Positions 18,234-27,815 of a DNA stretch of 64,000 nucleotides are shown here, piece after piece. The position numbers and the translations under genes are program-made. Positions within the stretch are counted from its first letter, which is position 1, and the number at the start of each line of letters is the position of its first letter. The notes under the pieces were generated by a model. That model made no database searches. It saw only the letters and a list, made by a program, of their open reading frames with translations, and was not told the origin of the DNA. Origin of the DNA: Chloroflexota bacterium (GTDB taxonomy: Bacteria > Chloroflexota > Dehalococcoidia > Lucifugimonadales > Lucifugimonadaceae); NCBI GenBank assembly GCA_002721675.1, contig PBLC01000008.1, positions 9,411 to 73,410 on the forward strand. Direction: 5' to 3'.

Positions 18234-18833
18234 CTATTTCCTCAGAAGTTTCCAAAATATGAAAAATCTATGAACTAATCCTATAGATACAGCTATTGTC
18301 AAAACAAAAATCATGGATACTGGACTAAAAAATATTAAACCTAATCCTACAATTAATATTCTTTCTGGTCTTGTAAAGATTCCGCTCTTGGAGTTATATC
18401 CTAAACCCTCTATTCTTGCCCTCAAATAACTTATCATTAAAGAAAAAACTATTGAAATGCTTGCCATTACTACAATATTTGCATCACTTCTAAGGGAATA
18501 ATAATAAATAATTCCAACCAGTATTACTGCTTCTCCAAGGCGATCTAGAGTGGAGTCTAAAAAAGCCCCTCTTTCAGAATCCTGTTTTAATTTTCTAGCT
18601 AAAGCACCATCATATACATCCATAAGCCCTGATGCCATAACAAGTATCCCTGCTGTCTTAAAATTTCCTTGGGTGGCAAAGAAAGCTGCAATAGAAACTA
18701 CAAAAAAACCTAATACGGTTACTAAATTGGGGGTGCACCTTATTTTTACAAGAATACTTACTACAGGATCTATTATGACACTTTCTACCCTTAACCTTAG
18801 ATTCTCTCTGGATCTTTCAAAATAATCAGCCAA
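18234..18833 (-). CDS. CDP-alcohol phosphatidyltransferase
   Basis: Family motif DGALARKLKQDSERGAFLDSTLDRLGE (D-G-x2-A-R-x8-G-x3-D-x3-D), in a multi-TM 199-aa protein. Confidence 0.85.
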   Translation of the reverse strand: MADYFERSRENLRLRVESVIIDPVVSILVKIRCTPNLVTVLGFFVVSIAAFFATQGNFKTAGILVMASGLMDVYDGALARKLKQDSERGAFLDSTLDRLGEAVILVGIIYYYSLRSDANIVVMASISIVFSLMISYLRARIEGLGYNSKSGIFTRPERILIVGLGLIFFSPVSMIFVLTIAVSIGLVHRFFIFWKLLRK

Positions 18834-19920
18834 TTTTTACTCTCTTTTCATAATTTAAAATTATCTCTTGAGAAACTTCTTTCCAAGAATATCTTTTTGA
18901 AAAATGCATTCCATTTAATGATAACTTATTTATCAAGTATCTGTTTTCAATTAGTTCACAAAAAATTCTAGCGAGCCCCTCATAATCTCTATTCTTAAAT
19001 AAAATACCATTTTCGTAATTATTAACTAAACCTCTATAACCTTCAATATCTGAGGCCACGACAACTAATCCGGAAGCCATTGCTTCTAAAAGCACTATTC
19101 CAAAACTTTCATTTTCAATAGCCGGAGAGCAGAAAATCTGAGACCTGTGATACATGCCTACTAATTCATCGCCTTCCATATGATCATAAAATTTACAATT
19201 AGATATATTTGCATACTTATTTGATAAACTACTAACACCCTCTCCTACTAAATTCAAGGTAACATTACTGTGTTTTCTGATAACGATCTTAAAAGCCTCC
19301 AAAAGAATTTTTATTCCTTTTCTATCTTCATTTCTACCAACGAATAATATTCTTAACTCTTGATTTAAATTGCTTTTACTGATCTTAAATCTTTCTATAT
19401 CTACTCCGTTAGGAATTATTTCATAATTAATATCATATCCATAATTTTTTAGGGCATACCCAGCTGTTTTAGAAACACATATTCTTAATGCAGCCTTCGA
19501 TATCCAATCTTTGAATAAAAATCCCCAAAACTTAAATTTCCAATTTGAATTAAATGTAGCATGAAAAGTTAATATGACTGGCACCTTTGAAAAAATTAAA
19601 GAACACAAAGAAACAAAAGGGACTAATGGTTCATGAATATGGATAAGATCAAACGAGTTTTGTAATAAAAATTTTCTTGTATTTAATATTGAGGTAAATT
19701 TAACAGCTATTGCTGCCTTTGTTGACCCAAATTTAACTAAAGTTGGGTTTCCGACATTCAAAAAATTTATGTTTTCTAAGTTAAACGATTCATCAGATGA
19801 AGGCGCAATAATTGAAACTTTATTCCCTTTACCTGAGAGTTCATTGGCTAAATTAAGTACATGATTGGTTACTCCCCCAGTTTTAGATATATCATATGGA
19901 GAAACTATTCCGATTTTCAT
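18826..19920 (-). CDS. GT4-family (PimA-like) glycosyltransferase
   Basis: KIGIVSPYDISKTGGVTNHVLNLANEL N-terminus and a C-terminal E-x7-E region (ENESFGIVLLEAMASG). Confidence 0.8.
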   Translation of the reverse strand: MKIGIVSPYDISKTGGVTNHVLNLANELSGKGNKVSIIAPSSDESFNLENINFLNVGNPTLVKFGSTKAAIAVKFTSILNTRKFLLQNSFDLIHIHEPLVPFVSLCSLIFSKVPVILTFHATFNSNWKFKFWGFLFKDWISKAALRICVSKTAGYALKNYGYDINYEIIPNGVDIERFKISKSNLNQELRILFVGRNEDRKGIKILLEAFKIVIRKHSNVTLNLVGEGVSSLSNKYANISNCKFYDHMEGDELVGMYHRSQIFCSPAIENESFGIVLLEAMASGLVVVASDIEGYRGLVNNYENGILFKNRDYEGLARIFCELIENRYLINKLSLNGMHFSKRYSWKEVSQEIILNYEKRVKIG

Positions 19921-19921
19921 C

Positions 19922-21541
19922 TTAATAGCTTACAGCTTGGCCGTCTTTTCTAGGATCTGATCCTCCAATTAATATTCCATTTTCATTCCTATTTATAATT
20001 TGTCCTCCTCCAAACAACCCTCTTTCATATCCATCCTTTAAATCTATGTTATGAACTTTATTTTTTAACTCTAATATCACTTGTTCAGGGAAAGAATTTT
20101 CTAAATAAACTAGATCTTCTTCTATGCTAACACTAAACCTATGACTATCCAGTGCAGATTGAGGACTCATTCGATAATCAATCATATTAGAAATTACTTG
20201 AAGATGGCCTTGGGCTTGCTGAAATCCTCCCATAACTCCCATAGAACTAACTAACTGATCATGTTTAGTTATCATAGCTGGTATTATGGTATTAAATGGT
20301 CTTTTTAAAGGTTCAAAAATATTTGGATGATCTATGTTTAATGAAAATAAAGCTCCTCTATTTTGTAATGCTATGCCTGTTTCTGGAACCACTAAACCTG
20401 TGCCAAAACCCTGATACAGGCTATTGATTAAAGAGCAAGCATTTCCGTCTCCGTCAATTACTGAAATATAGACTGTGTCTCCCTGATGTTTAAAATTCCC
20501 TTTTTTATAATGATAATTTGACCTAGAATCATCAATCTCTTTGAATCTTTCTTTTGCATATTCCTTAGAAAGTAATTGCTCTACAGGAACTTTCACCTTA
20601 GCAGGATCAGCAACATACCAAAGAGCGTCTTCGAATGCTATTTTCATCGATTCAATTTGATAATGGAGTTTATCTGATTCAGAATCAAATTGATCAAAAT
20701 TTTCAAAAATATTGAGTGCAATTAAAGCGGCAATTCCTTGGCCATTGGGAGGGCATTCCCAAATATCATATCCTCTATAATTTGAAGTTATAGGTTCTAT
20801 CCACTCGCTTTCATGGCCTGCAAAGTCTTCTTCGGAAAGCCATCCATGGAAACGTTTTACATAATCTGAAATTCTATTTGAAATATCTCCTTGATAAAAA
20901 TAAGATTTTCCATTTTCTGAAATACCCTTTAATACATTAGCAAGGTTAGGGTTTGCAAAAAAATCTCCAAATTTTGGAGATTTGTTATTAATTAAAAAAT
21001 CACAATTATCATTAATTGATAATTTACTCTGACTTGAGTTCCATAGATTAGCAGTAATTTCTGATACTCCAAAGCCTTTATTAGCGATATCAATTGCAGG
21101 CAATAAAACTGAATCAAGAGAAAAATTACCAAATTTATCTAGTAATTCTTGCCATGCATCTACAGCACCAGGAACACTAACAGACATACCAGAAAATTTA
21201 CCTTCAGTAGGGATTTCCTTAAACCCAAATTCAGTAAAATCTTCAATCTTAGAATTCTTTCCTGACCTCCCGCTTCCATTTAATGCTTTTACAGAAGATG
21301 AATCTTTATCGTAAATAAGGGCGAATACATCACCTCCTATTCCTGTAGACATTGGTTCTACGACATTTAAAACAGATGCAGCACATACTGCTGCATCAAC
21401 GCAATTTCCGCCTTTTTTTAAGATATCAAGGCCTGCATTAGCAGCAATGGGATTACTTGTAGCTACAATCCCATTCAAACCCAAAACATCAGAACGACGA
21501 GATGTAAATTCATTTCTTGAAAACATTTCCATAAAACTCAT
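19922..21541 (-). CDS. ggt: Gamma-glutamyltransferase family protein, no signal peptide
   Basis: GGNCVDAAVCAASVLNVVEPMSTGIGGD and the autoprocessing region HQGDTVYISVIDGDGNACSLINSLYQGFGTG. The N-terminus is not hydrophobic. Confidence 0.85.
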   Translation of the reverse strand: MSFMEMFSRNEFTSRRSDVLGLNGIVATSNPIAANAGLDILKKGGNCVDAAVCAASVLNVVEPMSTGIGGDVFALIYDKDSSSVKALNGSGRSGKNSKIEDFTEFGFKEIPTEGKFSGMSVSVPGAVDAWQELLDKFGNFSLDSVLLPAIDIANKGFGVSEITANLWNSSQSKLSINDNCDFLINNKSPKFGDFFANPNLANVLKGISENGKSYFYQGDISNRISDYVKRFHGWLSEEDFAGHESEWIEPITSNYRGYDIWECPPNGQGIAALIALNIFENFDQFDSESDKLHYQIESMKIAFEDALWYVADPAKVKVPVEQLLSKEYAKERFKEIDDSRSNYHYKKGNFKHQGDTVYISVIDGDGNACSLINSLYQGFGTGLVVPETGIALQNRGALFSLNIDHPNIFEPLKRPFNTIIPAMITKHDQLVSSMGVMGGFQQAQGHLQVISNMIDYRMSPQSALDSHRFSVSIEEDLVYLENSFPEQVILELKNKVHNIDLKDGYERGLFGGGQIINRNENGILIGGSDPRKDGQAVSY

Positions 21542-21570
21542 AAATAATAAGAAAAATTAATTAACTAAAC

Positions 21571-22536
21571 TTATTTTGATCTAGGATTGAATATATCAGT
21601 TAAAGCATCTCCAAGTAAATTCCAACAAAAGATTAAAATCCAAACAATCGCTATAGGGGCCAAAATTTGTTCAGGATGGTTTGTTAATACAGAAACACTA
21701 GATGAACCCCGACCTGTAACATCTGCAATCATTATCCCTAGGCTTGGATGAGGAGGTTGAACACCTAGGCCTAAAAAACTAAGAAAAACTTCAGTGCCTG
21801 CTACAGCTCCTAATCCAAAACTTGCTGATACGATAATAGGCCCAATTACATTGGGAAGTATATGCCGAAAAAGAATTCTTAAATTTGATGCTCCAGCTAT
21901 TCTTGCTGCCTGGACATATTCTCTCTGTCCAACTGACAAAACTTGCCCTCTAACTAATCTCATCATTCCAAACCAACTAAGAGGCAATAACGCAATACCT
22001 ATTACAGCAAAATCGACTATACCTGAAGATACGATTCCATTTATTCCTGAGGAATCTTCTATACTTCTTGCAAAATCGACTATCCTAGGCCTAAGAGTAG
22101 CTGCTAAAATAATAATCAATAAAATGTCAGGAAATGCGGCTAATACTTCTCCTGTTCTTGTAATGAATGCATCTGCTTTTCCTCTAAAATAACCTGCAAC
22201 TAAACCTAAACTAACTCCTAGTATTAAACTCCCTGTTATCAATCCAACTATAGTTATAATTACAGTAGTCTGGATACCCCAAATTATCCTAGTAAATATA
22301 TCCCTACCTAATCTATCAGTCCCAAATATATGATCCCAAGTTGGTCCACTTTGTGTATTCATTAGATCGGTTTCTGAATAAGAATAAGGAGCGATTAAAG
22401 GAGCAAAAAGCCCTACAACATAAACTATAAGTAATACAATAATCACTGACATAGCCACCCTCTTCCTAAGCAAACTATTTAAGCCATGCCTAAAAGGACT
22501 AATTGAAGTGCTTTTTTGATCCTTATTAATTGTCAT
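21571..22536 (-). CDS. Peptide/nickel-type ABC importer permease (DppC/OppC-like)
   Basis: EAA-region REYVQAARIAGASNLRILFRHILPN. I prefer the ATG at 22536 (MTINK...), which overlaps the upstream stop by 11 nt, over the track start at 22569. Confidence 0.85.
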   Translation of the reverse strand: MTINKDQKSTSISPFRHGLNSLLRKRVAMSVIIVLLIVYVVGLFAPLIAPYSYSETDLMNTQSGPTWDHIFGTDRLGRDIFTRIIWGIQTTVIITIVGLITGSLILGVSLGLVAGYFRGKADAFITRTGEVLAAFPDILLIIILAATLRPRIVDFARSIEDSSGINGIVSSGIVDFAVIGIALLPLSWFGMMRLVRGQVLSVGQREYVQAARIAGASNLRILFRHILPNVIGPIIVSASFGLGAVAGTEVFLSFLGLGVQPPHPSLGIMIADVTGRGSSSVSVLTNHPEQILAPIAIVWILIFCWNLLGDALTDIFNPRSK

Positions 22537-23464
22537 TGCTATACCTAATCCTTGGGTCAAGAAGCACATATAAAAGATCTACAATTAGATTTGCAATAAC
22601 TAAAGTAGCAGTACCTATCAAAGTTATGGCCATAATTATTGGGTAATCCCTAGAAAAAATTGCATCTAATGCAAACCTTGCAACACCTGGTATTCCAAAT
22701 ATAAGTTCTACAATCAGAGCTCCTCCCAGCATTCCAGAAAAAGATAATCCTAATACAGTAACAACAGGTAATATTGCATTTTTCCCAACGTGTTTATAAA
22801 TTACATCTCTTCTACTAACACCTTTTGCTTTTGCAAAAGTAATAAATTCTTGGCCTAAAACATCTAAAGTGCTTGCTCTCATTAACCTAGCAATCACAGC
22901 AATTCCGGGCATCCCTACGGTTATCGCAGGAAGTATAGATCTTGAGTCAAAAATTCCTCCCCATCCTGAAACTGGAACCCAGCCTAACTCTAAAGCAAAA
23001 ATAATAATTAAAAATGGAGCAGTAAGGAAAACTGGCATAGCATAAATTATCAAAGTCAGAGACACAACCAAAGGGTCGATTGGGGTTCCTTGTTTTATTG
23101 CCGCATAAAACCCTAAAGGAATTCCAAATAAAGTAGATATTAAGATAGATACAATAAATAATTTTGCAGATACTACTAATTTGGGTGCAAGAAGTTCTGA
23201 TACTGTTTTTCCGGGATATTTATAACTCTCGCCAAAATCACCTTTAATAGAATCACCTAAATATCTAAAATATTGAACATATACAGGATCATTTAGGCCT
23301 TTCTTTTCTCTTAGCGAATCTGCAAGTTCCTCAGTATAATTATTGCCAAGAATGACCTCCACTGGATCTCCAGGGCCATATATTCCAAGAACAAAAACCA
23401 TTAGTGCTATCACTAACATTACTAGTGGAACCCAGAGTATTCGTTTAATTGCGTATATAAGCAA
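22526..23464 (-). CDS. Peptide/nickel-type ABC importer permease (DppB/OppB-like)
   Basis: The N-terminus YAIKRILWVPLVMLVIALMVF and FITFAKAKGVSRRDVIYKHVGKNA are typical of the family. TTG start. Confidence 0.85.
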   Translation of the reverse strand: MLIYAIKRILWVPLVMLVIALMVFVLGIYGPGDPVEVILGNNYTEELADSLREKKGLNDPVYVQYFRYLGDSIKGDFGESYKYPGKTVSELLAPKLVVSAKLFIVSILISTLFGIPLGFYAAIKQGTPIDPLVVSLTLIIYAMPVFLTAPFLIIIFALELGWVPVSGWGGIFDSRSILPAITVGMPGIAVIARLMRASTLDVLGQEFITFAKAKGVSRRDVIYKHVGKNAILPVVTVLGLSFSGMLGGALIVELIFGIPGVARFALDAIFSRDYPIIMAITLIGTATLVIANLIVDLLYVLLDPRIRYSNDN

Positions 23465-23482
23465 AACTTATTTTTAGTTTAT

Positions 23483-25159
23483 TTAGTTTTGAATATAAAC
23501 GTTTTTTAACTTAGGAACAATTAAAGGTGTAAACTCAAAGCCTCTCACTTTAGGTTTAATTAAGGCTAGGCCTTCCTGATCAAACCACATTGGAAGCCAA
23601 GGAGCATCATCAATTATCATTTGTTCAGCCTTGTTATACTTACTTATCCTAGTTAAAGGATCTTGATCAACCCTAGCTTCTTCCAGTATTTCATCTACCT
23701 GTGGATTACTATAGTTTCCATGATTCCCTTTACTTTCAGAATGAAAAAGAATATCAACAAAGTCTTGAGGGTCAGGATAATCTGCTTGCCATCCAGATCC
23801 TCCCCAAACTTGGAGTCTTTCTCTATGAAGGTCTTGCAGATAAGTTGCCCACTCGACCTGTTGAATTTCAATCTGAATACCTAACACCCTGTCCCACATA
23901 TCTGCTACAACTTCCATATCTAGACTTGGTGATCCACCAGTACCAGGTATAGTAACAACTATTAATGGTCTCGTTTCAGGGTCTGCATATTTAGACTCAC
24001 CCAATAATTTAACTGCCAGGTCAGGATCATATTCTAATCCTTTAACATCACTTGAGAATCCGGGAAAATTAGGAGGAAGGATACCATAAGCAGGCTTTAC
24101 CAAGTCAGAGTAGACTTGAGTTGCGATTAATTGTTTGTCGACAGCATAATTTAATGCCTGTCTAAACTTCGGATCATCAAATGGGGGTTGCTTTACATTA
24201 AAGCCAATATAATTAATAGTAAATGATGGTGGCACAGAAACTAGATCACTGCTCAATGGGTCGTTCTGGTCTTGAACTCTTTCTAAATCAGCAAGTCCAA
24301 CCCCAGTAATATCTATTTCTCCATTTTCATACATCGCCATGGGAACACCACCTGCAAGATTAAATTCAACCCTATCAAGTTTAGCTTTATCTCCCCAATA
24401 TAATTCGTTCCTCTTCAAAATAAGAACTTGACCCAAATCGTATCTTTCTAAAGTAAATGGGCCTGTAACAACCGGAGAATCAGTCCAATTATCACCTCCC
24501 TCACTTACATTAGATTCTTTTAAAACATATGCTGTGGGATATGTAAGTTTTTTTAGAAAATATGCTTTTGGAGAATCGATTTTTATCTGCAAATTTCTAT
24601 CATCTATAACTTTTATTCCCGAGATCTCAGTTGATTCTCCATCCAATACTTCTTGGACTCCAATTATGTCTCCTAAATATAATTCAGCCACTGGTGATTC
24701 AGTGTCTGGATTTGCTGCCCTATTAAATGAATACATAAAGTCATTGGCAGTTACTGGAGACCCATCAGAAAATTTTATATTTTCTCTTAATGTAAAAGTG
24801 TAAAGAGTGCCATTTTCACTTACATCCCAACTTTTGGCCAAATCAGGTATTGTTTCTAAATTAGAATCTATACTGACTAGACCTGAGAACATTTCAACTA
24901 CTAAACCTGCTGAAGTAGTATCAGTTACTAAATGTGGGTCAAGAGTAGGAGGATCTGACCACAGTCTTTTTAGAGTTCCACCCTTCTCGCTTCCAGTTTC
25001 TCCAGAATTACTAGAGCCTTTCAAAGAAGGTGCGATAGATTTTTGACTTTCACCTGAATCTAGTAAGGGTTCATTCTCAATACCTCTAGCCGAACAAGCA
25101 AACAAAGATATTGTTGCAATAATTAATAATAATGTAGATATTTTTTTCATTTTTTTCAT
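23483..25159 (-). CDS. Family-5 solute-binding lipoprotein (peptide/glutathione type)
   Basis: Lipobox LFAC, a Ser/Gly-rich linker, then a family-5 SBP body (GGTLKRLWSDPPTLDPH...). Confidence 0.85.
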   Translation of the reverse strand: MKKMKKISTLLLIIATISLFACSARGIENEPLLDSGESQKSIAPSLKGSSNSGETGSEKGGTLKRLWSDPPTLDPHLVTDTTSAGLVVEMFSGLVSIDSNLETIPDLAKSWDVSENGTLYTFTLRENIKFSDGSPVTANDFMYSFNRAANPDTESPVAELYLGDIIGVQEVLDGESTEISGIKVIDDRNLQIKIDSPKAYFLKKLTYPTAYVLKESNVSEGGDNWTDSPVVTGPFTLERYDLGQVLILKRNELYWGDKAKLDRVEFNLAGGVPMAMYENGEIDITGVGLADLERVQDQNDPLSSDLVSVPPSFTINYIGFNVKQPPFDDPKFRQALNYAVDKQLIATQVYSDLVKPAYGILPPNFPGFSSDVKGLEYDPDLAVKLLGESKYADPETRPLIVVTIPGTGGSPSLDMEVVADMWDRVLGIQIEIQQVEWATYLQDLHRERLQVWGGSGWQADYPDPQDFVDILFHSESKGNHGNYSNPQVDEILEEARVDQDPLTRISKYNKAEQMIIDDAPWLPMWFDQEGLALIKPKVRGFEFTPLIVPKLKNVYIQN

Positions 25160-25184
25160 TTTTTATTTTTAATTATATATTTAA

Positions 25185-26294
25185 TTATCCAATTTGGGAT
25201 TTTCTTGCAAATTTAACGAATTCCAACAAGATTTGATCTAAGTCGCCATCTAAAACACTGTTTACATCTGCAATTTCATATCCAGACCTAATATCTTTTA
25301 CGAGCGTATATGGATGCAAAACATAACTTCTTACTTGATTACCCCATTCTGCAGAAACAAATTCACCTTTTAATTCATCCTCTTTTTCTTTATTTTTCTG
25401 TATTTCCAAATCTACTAACTTAGATTTAAGAATCTGCATGGCTATATTCTTATTTTGAGATTGAGATCTTTCATTTTGAACTGAAACAACAATTCCTGAT
25501 GGTCTGTGAGTTAATCTGATTGCAGAGGAATTCTTTTGGACGCTCTGACCTCCTGCGCCACTAGCCTTAAAAGCTTCTACCTTAAGATCATCATTATTTA
25601 TTTCAACGTCTACTGACTCTTGAAAATCTGGTATTACTTCAACTAAAGCAAAACTTGTATGTCGAAGATTAGCCGAATTAAATGGAGAAAGTCTAACCAA
25701 TCTATGAACACCTTTTTCTCCTTTTAGTAAACCAAATGCCCTATCCCCCTTTATTCTTATTAAGGCACTTTTTATTCCAGCCTCTTCGCCGGGCGATGTA
25801 GTCAAAAGGTCTGCATGAAACTTTCTTTTATCGGCCCATCTTAAATACATTCTAAGAATCATAGAAGCCCAGTCTTGAGCGTCCACTCCACCAGCCCCCC
25901 CACTTATCGTAATTAACGCATCAAAATTATCGTATTCTCCAGAAAACTGAAGTTCTGTCTTTAAATCTTCAATTCCCTTTTCAATTGATTCTATGTCTTC
26001 ATTAGAATCTTTTTCTAGAATAGCGATATCTTCTTTATTTGCCTCTTGAGAAAGTTGAAAATAACTCTCCAATGAAGAATTTATTTGATCAATATTTTTA
26101 TAAAAAGATTTTTTAGAAGCAAGGGTTGTCATTAATTTAGAACCCTTCTTTCCGTCTTTCCATAACTCGGGAGATTGGGATTTCTCCTCAAGTAAATTTA
26201 TCTCACTTTTCAATTCTTCCATGTCTATCATAGAAATAATTTCAGACATAGAAATTCTTAAATCTTGAATTTTTCTTTTAAAATCAAACATCAT
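25185..26294 (-). CDS. prfB: Peptide chain release factor 2, uninterrupted ORF
   Basis: SPF tripeptide (RLSPFNS) and GGQ (SGAGGQSVQK). It is 369 aa in one frame. Confidence 0.9.
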   Translation of the reverse strand: MMFDFKRKIQDLRISMSEIISMIDMEELKSEINLLEEKSQSPELWKDGKKGSKLMTTLASKKSFYKNIDQINSSLESYFQLSQEANKEDIAILEKDSNEDIESIEKGIEDLKTELQFSGEYDNFDALITISGGAGGVDAQDWASMILRMYLRWADKRKFHADLLTTSPGEEAGIKSALIRIKGDRAFGLLKGEKGVHRLVRLSPFNSANLRHTSFALVEVIPDFQESVDVEINNDDLKVEAFKASGAGGQSVQKNSSAIRLTHRPSGIVVSVQNERSQSQNKNIAMQILKSKLVDLEIQKNKEKEDELKGEFVSAEWGNQVRSYVLHPYTLVKDIRSGYEIADVNSVLDGDLDQILLEFVKFARKSQIG

Positions 26295-26301
26295 AAAATA
26301 A

Positions 26302-27207
26302 TTACTCTACTTTTGAGATCCCGGCTCTTTTTAAGGCCATTTCTATTTCACTTTTTGCCTTATTGCTTAATGTATTTAGCGGGCTCCTGGGATCTCCTCC
26401 TGCATATCCTAATAAGTCCATAGCATACTTTAAACCAGCCGCGCCTCTAGATAAGATACTCCAATCAGCATCAATCAATGACTCATTTAATTTCTTAGAA
26501 TCAATATAATTTTGCTCCAACCCTAACTTCATAATTTTTCTGCAAAGTTTAGGTGCTATGTTACCTAACATAAAACAAGCCCCATTTGCACCTTCTAATA
26601 TTTGAGCAGCCATCAACATAGCATTAGGAACCCAAAATTGTTTGTCTTTTGGAACAAATTTTCTTGTCATCATTTCAAACCTAACAAGATGACTAGCTAT
26701 ATATCCAAATACAATATCATTGGAACAAAATCTTCCAATTTGATCAGGGTCAGCTCCTTCAGTAGTCATTGAATTAGAAAAACCTCCTGGAGCCATTTGG
26801 TGAATTATTAATACAGGCGCAGAAATCTTTTCAAGAACTTCATCAAAATATGTATCAATAGTATCCCTTCTTCTGGGGATCCTTATTCTAAGTACATCTA
26901 CCCCCAATTTAATATAATTTTCAGCATCCTCAAGTGTTCCTTTAACAGAGGGATTATCAATTCCTGCGATTATTATTTTCTTATCTTTTGCTACTGAAAT
27001 AACGCTTTTGCAAATATCTTTTTTTTCTTGAAAACTTAATAACTGTTCTTCACCATTCTCTGTTCCAAGAACAAAACCTGAAAGTTCAGTTGTTAGCCAT
27101 TTTTCAGCATTATTTTCTATACCTTTATAATCAACACTGCCTTCTATAGTAAAAGGCGTAGGACTTGGGGCAACCAAAATTGGAGATTCTATTTTATGAA
27201 TATTCAT
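26302..27207 (-). CDS. DapA/N-acetylneuraminate-lyase-family TIM-barrel protein (divergent)
   Basis: Overall DapA-like pattern (VAPSPTPFT..., GTENGEEQLLS, IIAGI, GVDVLRIRIP). The positions of the canonical Tyr and Schiff-base Lys appear substituted. Confidence 0.55.
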   Translation of the reverse strand: MNIHKIESPILVAPSPTPFTIEGSVDYKGIENNAEKWLTTELSGFVLGTENGEEQLLSFQEKKDICKSVISVAKDKKIIIAGIDNPSVKGTLEDAENYIKLGVDVLRIRIPRRRDTIDTYFDEVLEKISAPVLIIHQMAPGGFSNSMTTEGADPDQIGRFCSNDIVFGYIASHLVRFEMMTRKFVPKDKQFWVPNAMLMAAQILEGANGACFMLGNIAPKLCRKIMKLGLEQNYIDSKKLNESLIDADWSILSRGAAGLKYAMDLLGYAGGDPRSPLNTLSNKAKSEIEMALKRAGISKVE

Positions 27208-27257
27208 TATTCCCTGCTTTTAACTTAATATTACTCTGATTATTAAATTATTATTCT

Positions 27258-27815
27258 ATGGAAAAAACTAATACAAATAAAATTAAAAGAGCAATTGGAT
27301 ATATAAGAAGATCATCTAGGAATCCTTCAAATCTACAAATACTTTTTATATCTATATTTATTGCTGTGGTTTTTTCATTAACATTGGGTCCGTTAATTTA
27401 TGACAGGGGTAAATCCGGAGTTGAAGAAGTATTTAGAGTAAAAAATAGTCGTGAATTTGGTGGAGATATAGATGTAGAAGCATGGGTTTATAGTTGGATA
27501 AGGACTGGCGCTATAAATATGATAAATTCTCAAGGGCCCAGTCAATGGAGAGCAGTAAAGTGGGATCAAGGGTGCTATTCAAGACGTTTTACAGAGTGGA
27601 ACAGCAAATACCAAGAAGCTATACAGAAAGCTTGTTATGATTTGTCAGAAATACAAAAAGAATTTGAGAAGTATTGTATGTCGGTAAATAATTGCGAACT
27701 CCCAAAAGAAGCTATCAGTGAATTAAATAATGTACTAAATGAAATGAAAAAAGCATTTTCTGATGCTAATTTTGTTTTACCTTACAGGACAAATGAAGAG
27801 AATTCGATTGATTAA
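27258..27815 (+). CDS. Hypothetical single-pass membrane protein with Cys-containing extracytoplasmic domain
   Basis: One TM (LQILFISIFIAVVFSLTLGPLIY) and four Cys in the C-terminal domain. I do not recognise a family. Confidence 0.4.
   Translation: MEKTNTNKIKRAIGYIRRSSRNPSNLQILFISIFIAVVFSLTLGPLIYDRGKSGVEEVFRVKNSREFGGDIDVEAWVYSWIRTGAINMINSQGPSQWRAVKWDQGCYSRRFTEWNSKYQEAIQKACYDLSEIQKEFEKYCMSVNNCELPKEAISELNNVLNEMKKAFSDANFVLPYRTNEENSID

Noticed and set aside
21571-22569. Track start at 22569 for the DppC-like permease, start at 37094 for rsmE, and start at 48758 for gatA
   Set aside because: The extended N-termini overlap the upstream genes by 44-95 nt and add non-homologous residues. Internal ATGs (22536, 37043, 48854) give canonical N-termini and the short overlaps typical of this genome.
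25185-26294. Programmed +1 frameshift in prfB
   Set aside because: I looked for the usual early in-frame UGA with an upstream SD-like element. The ORF is continuous for 369 aa from its own ATG, so this prfB is of the non-frameshifting type, which is known in a minority of bacteria.
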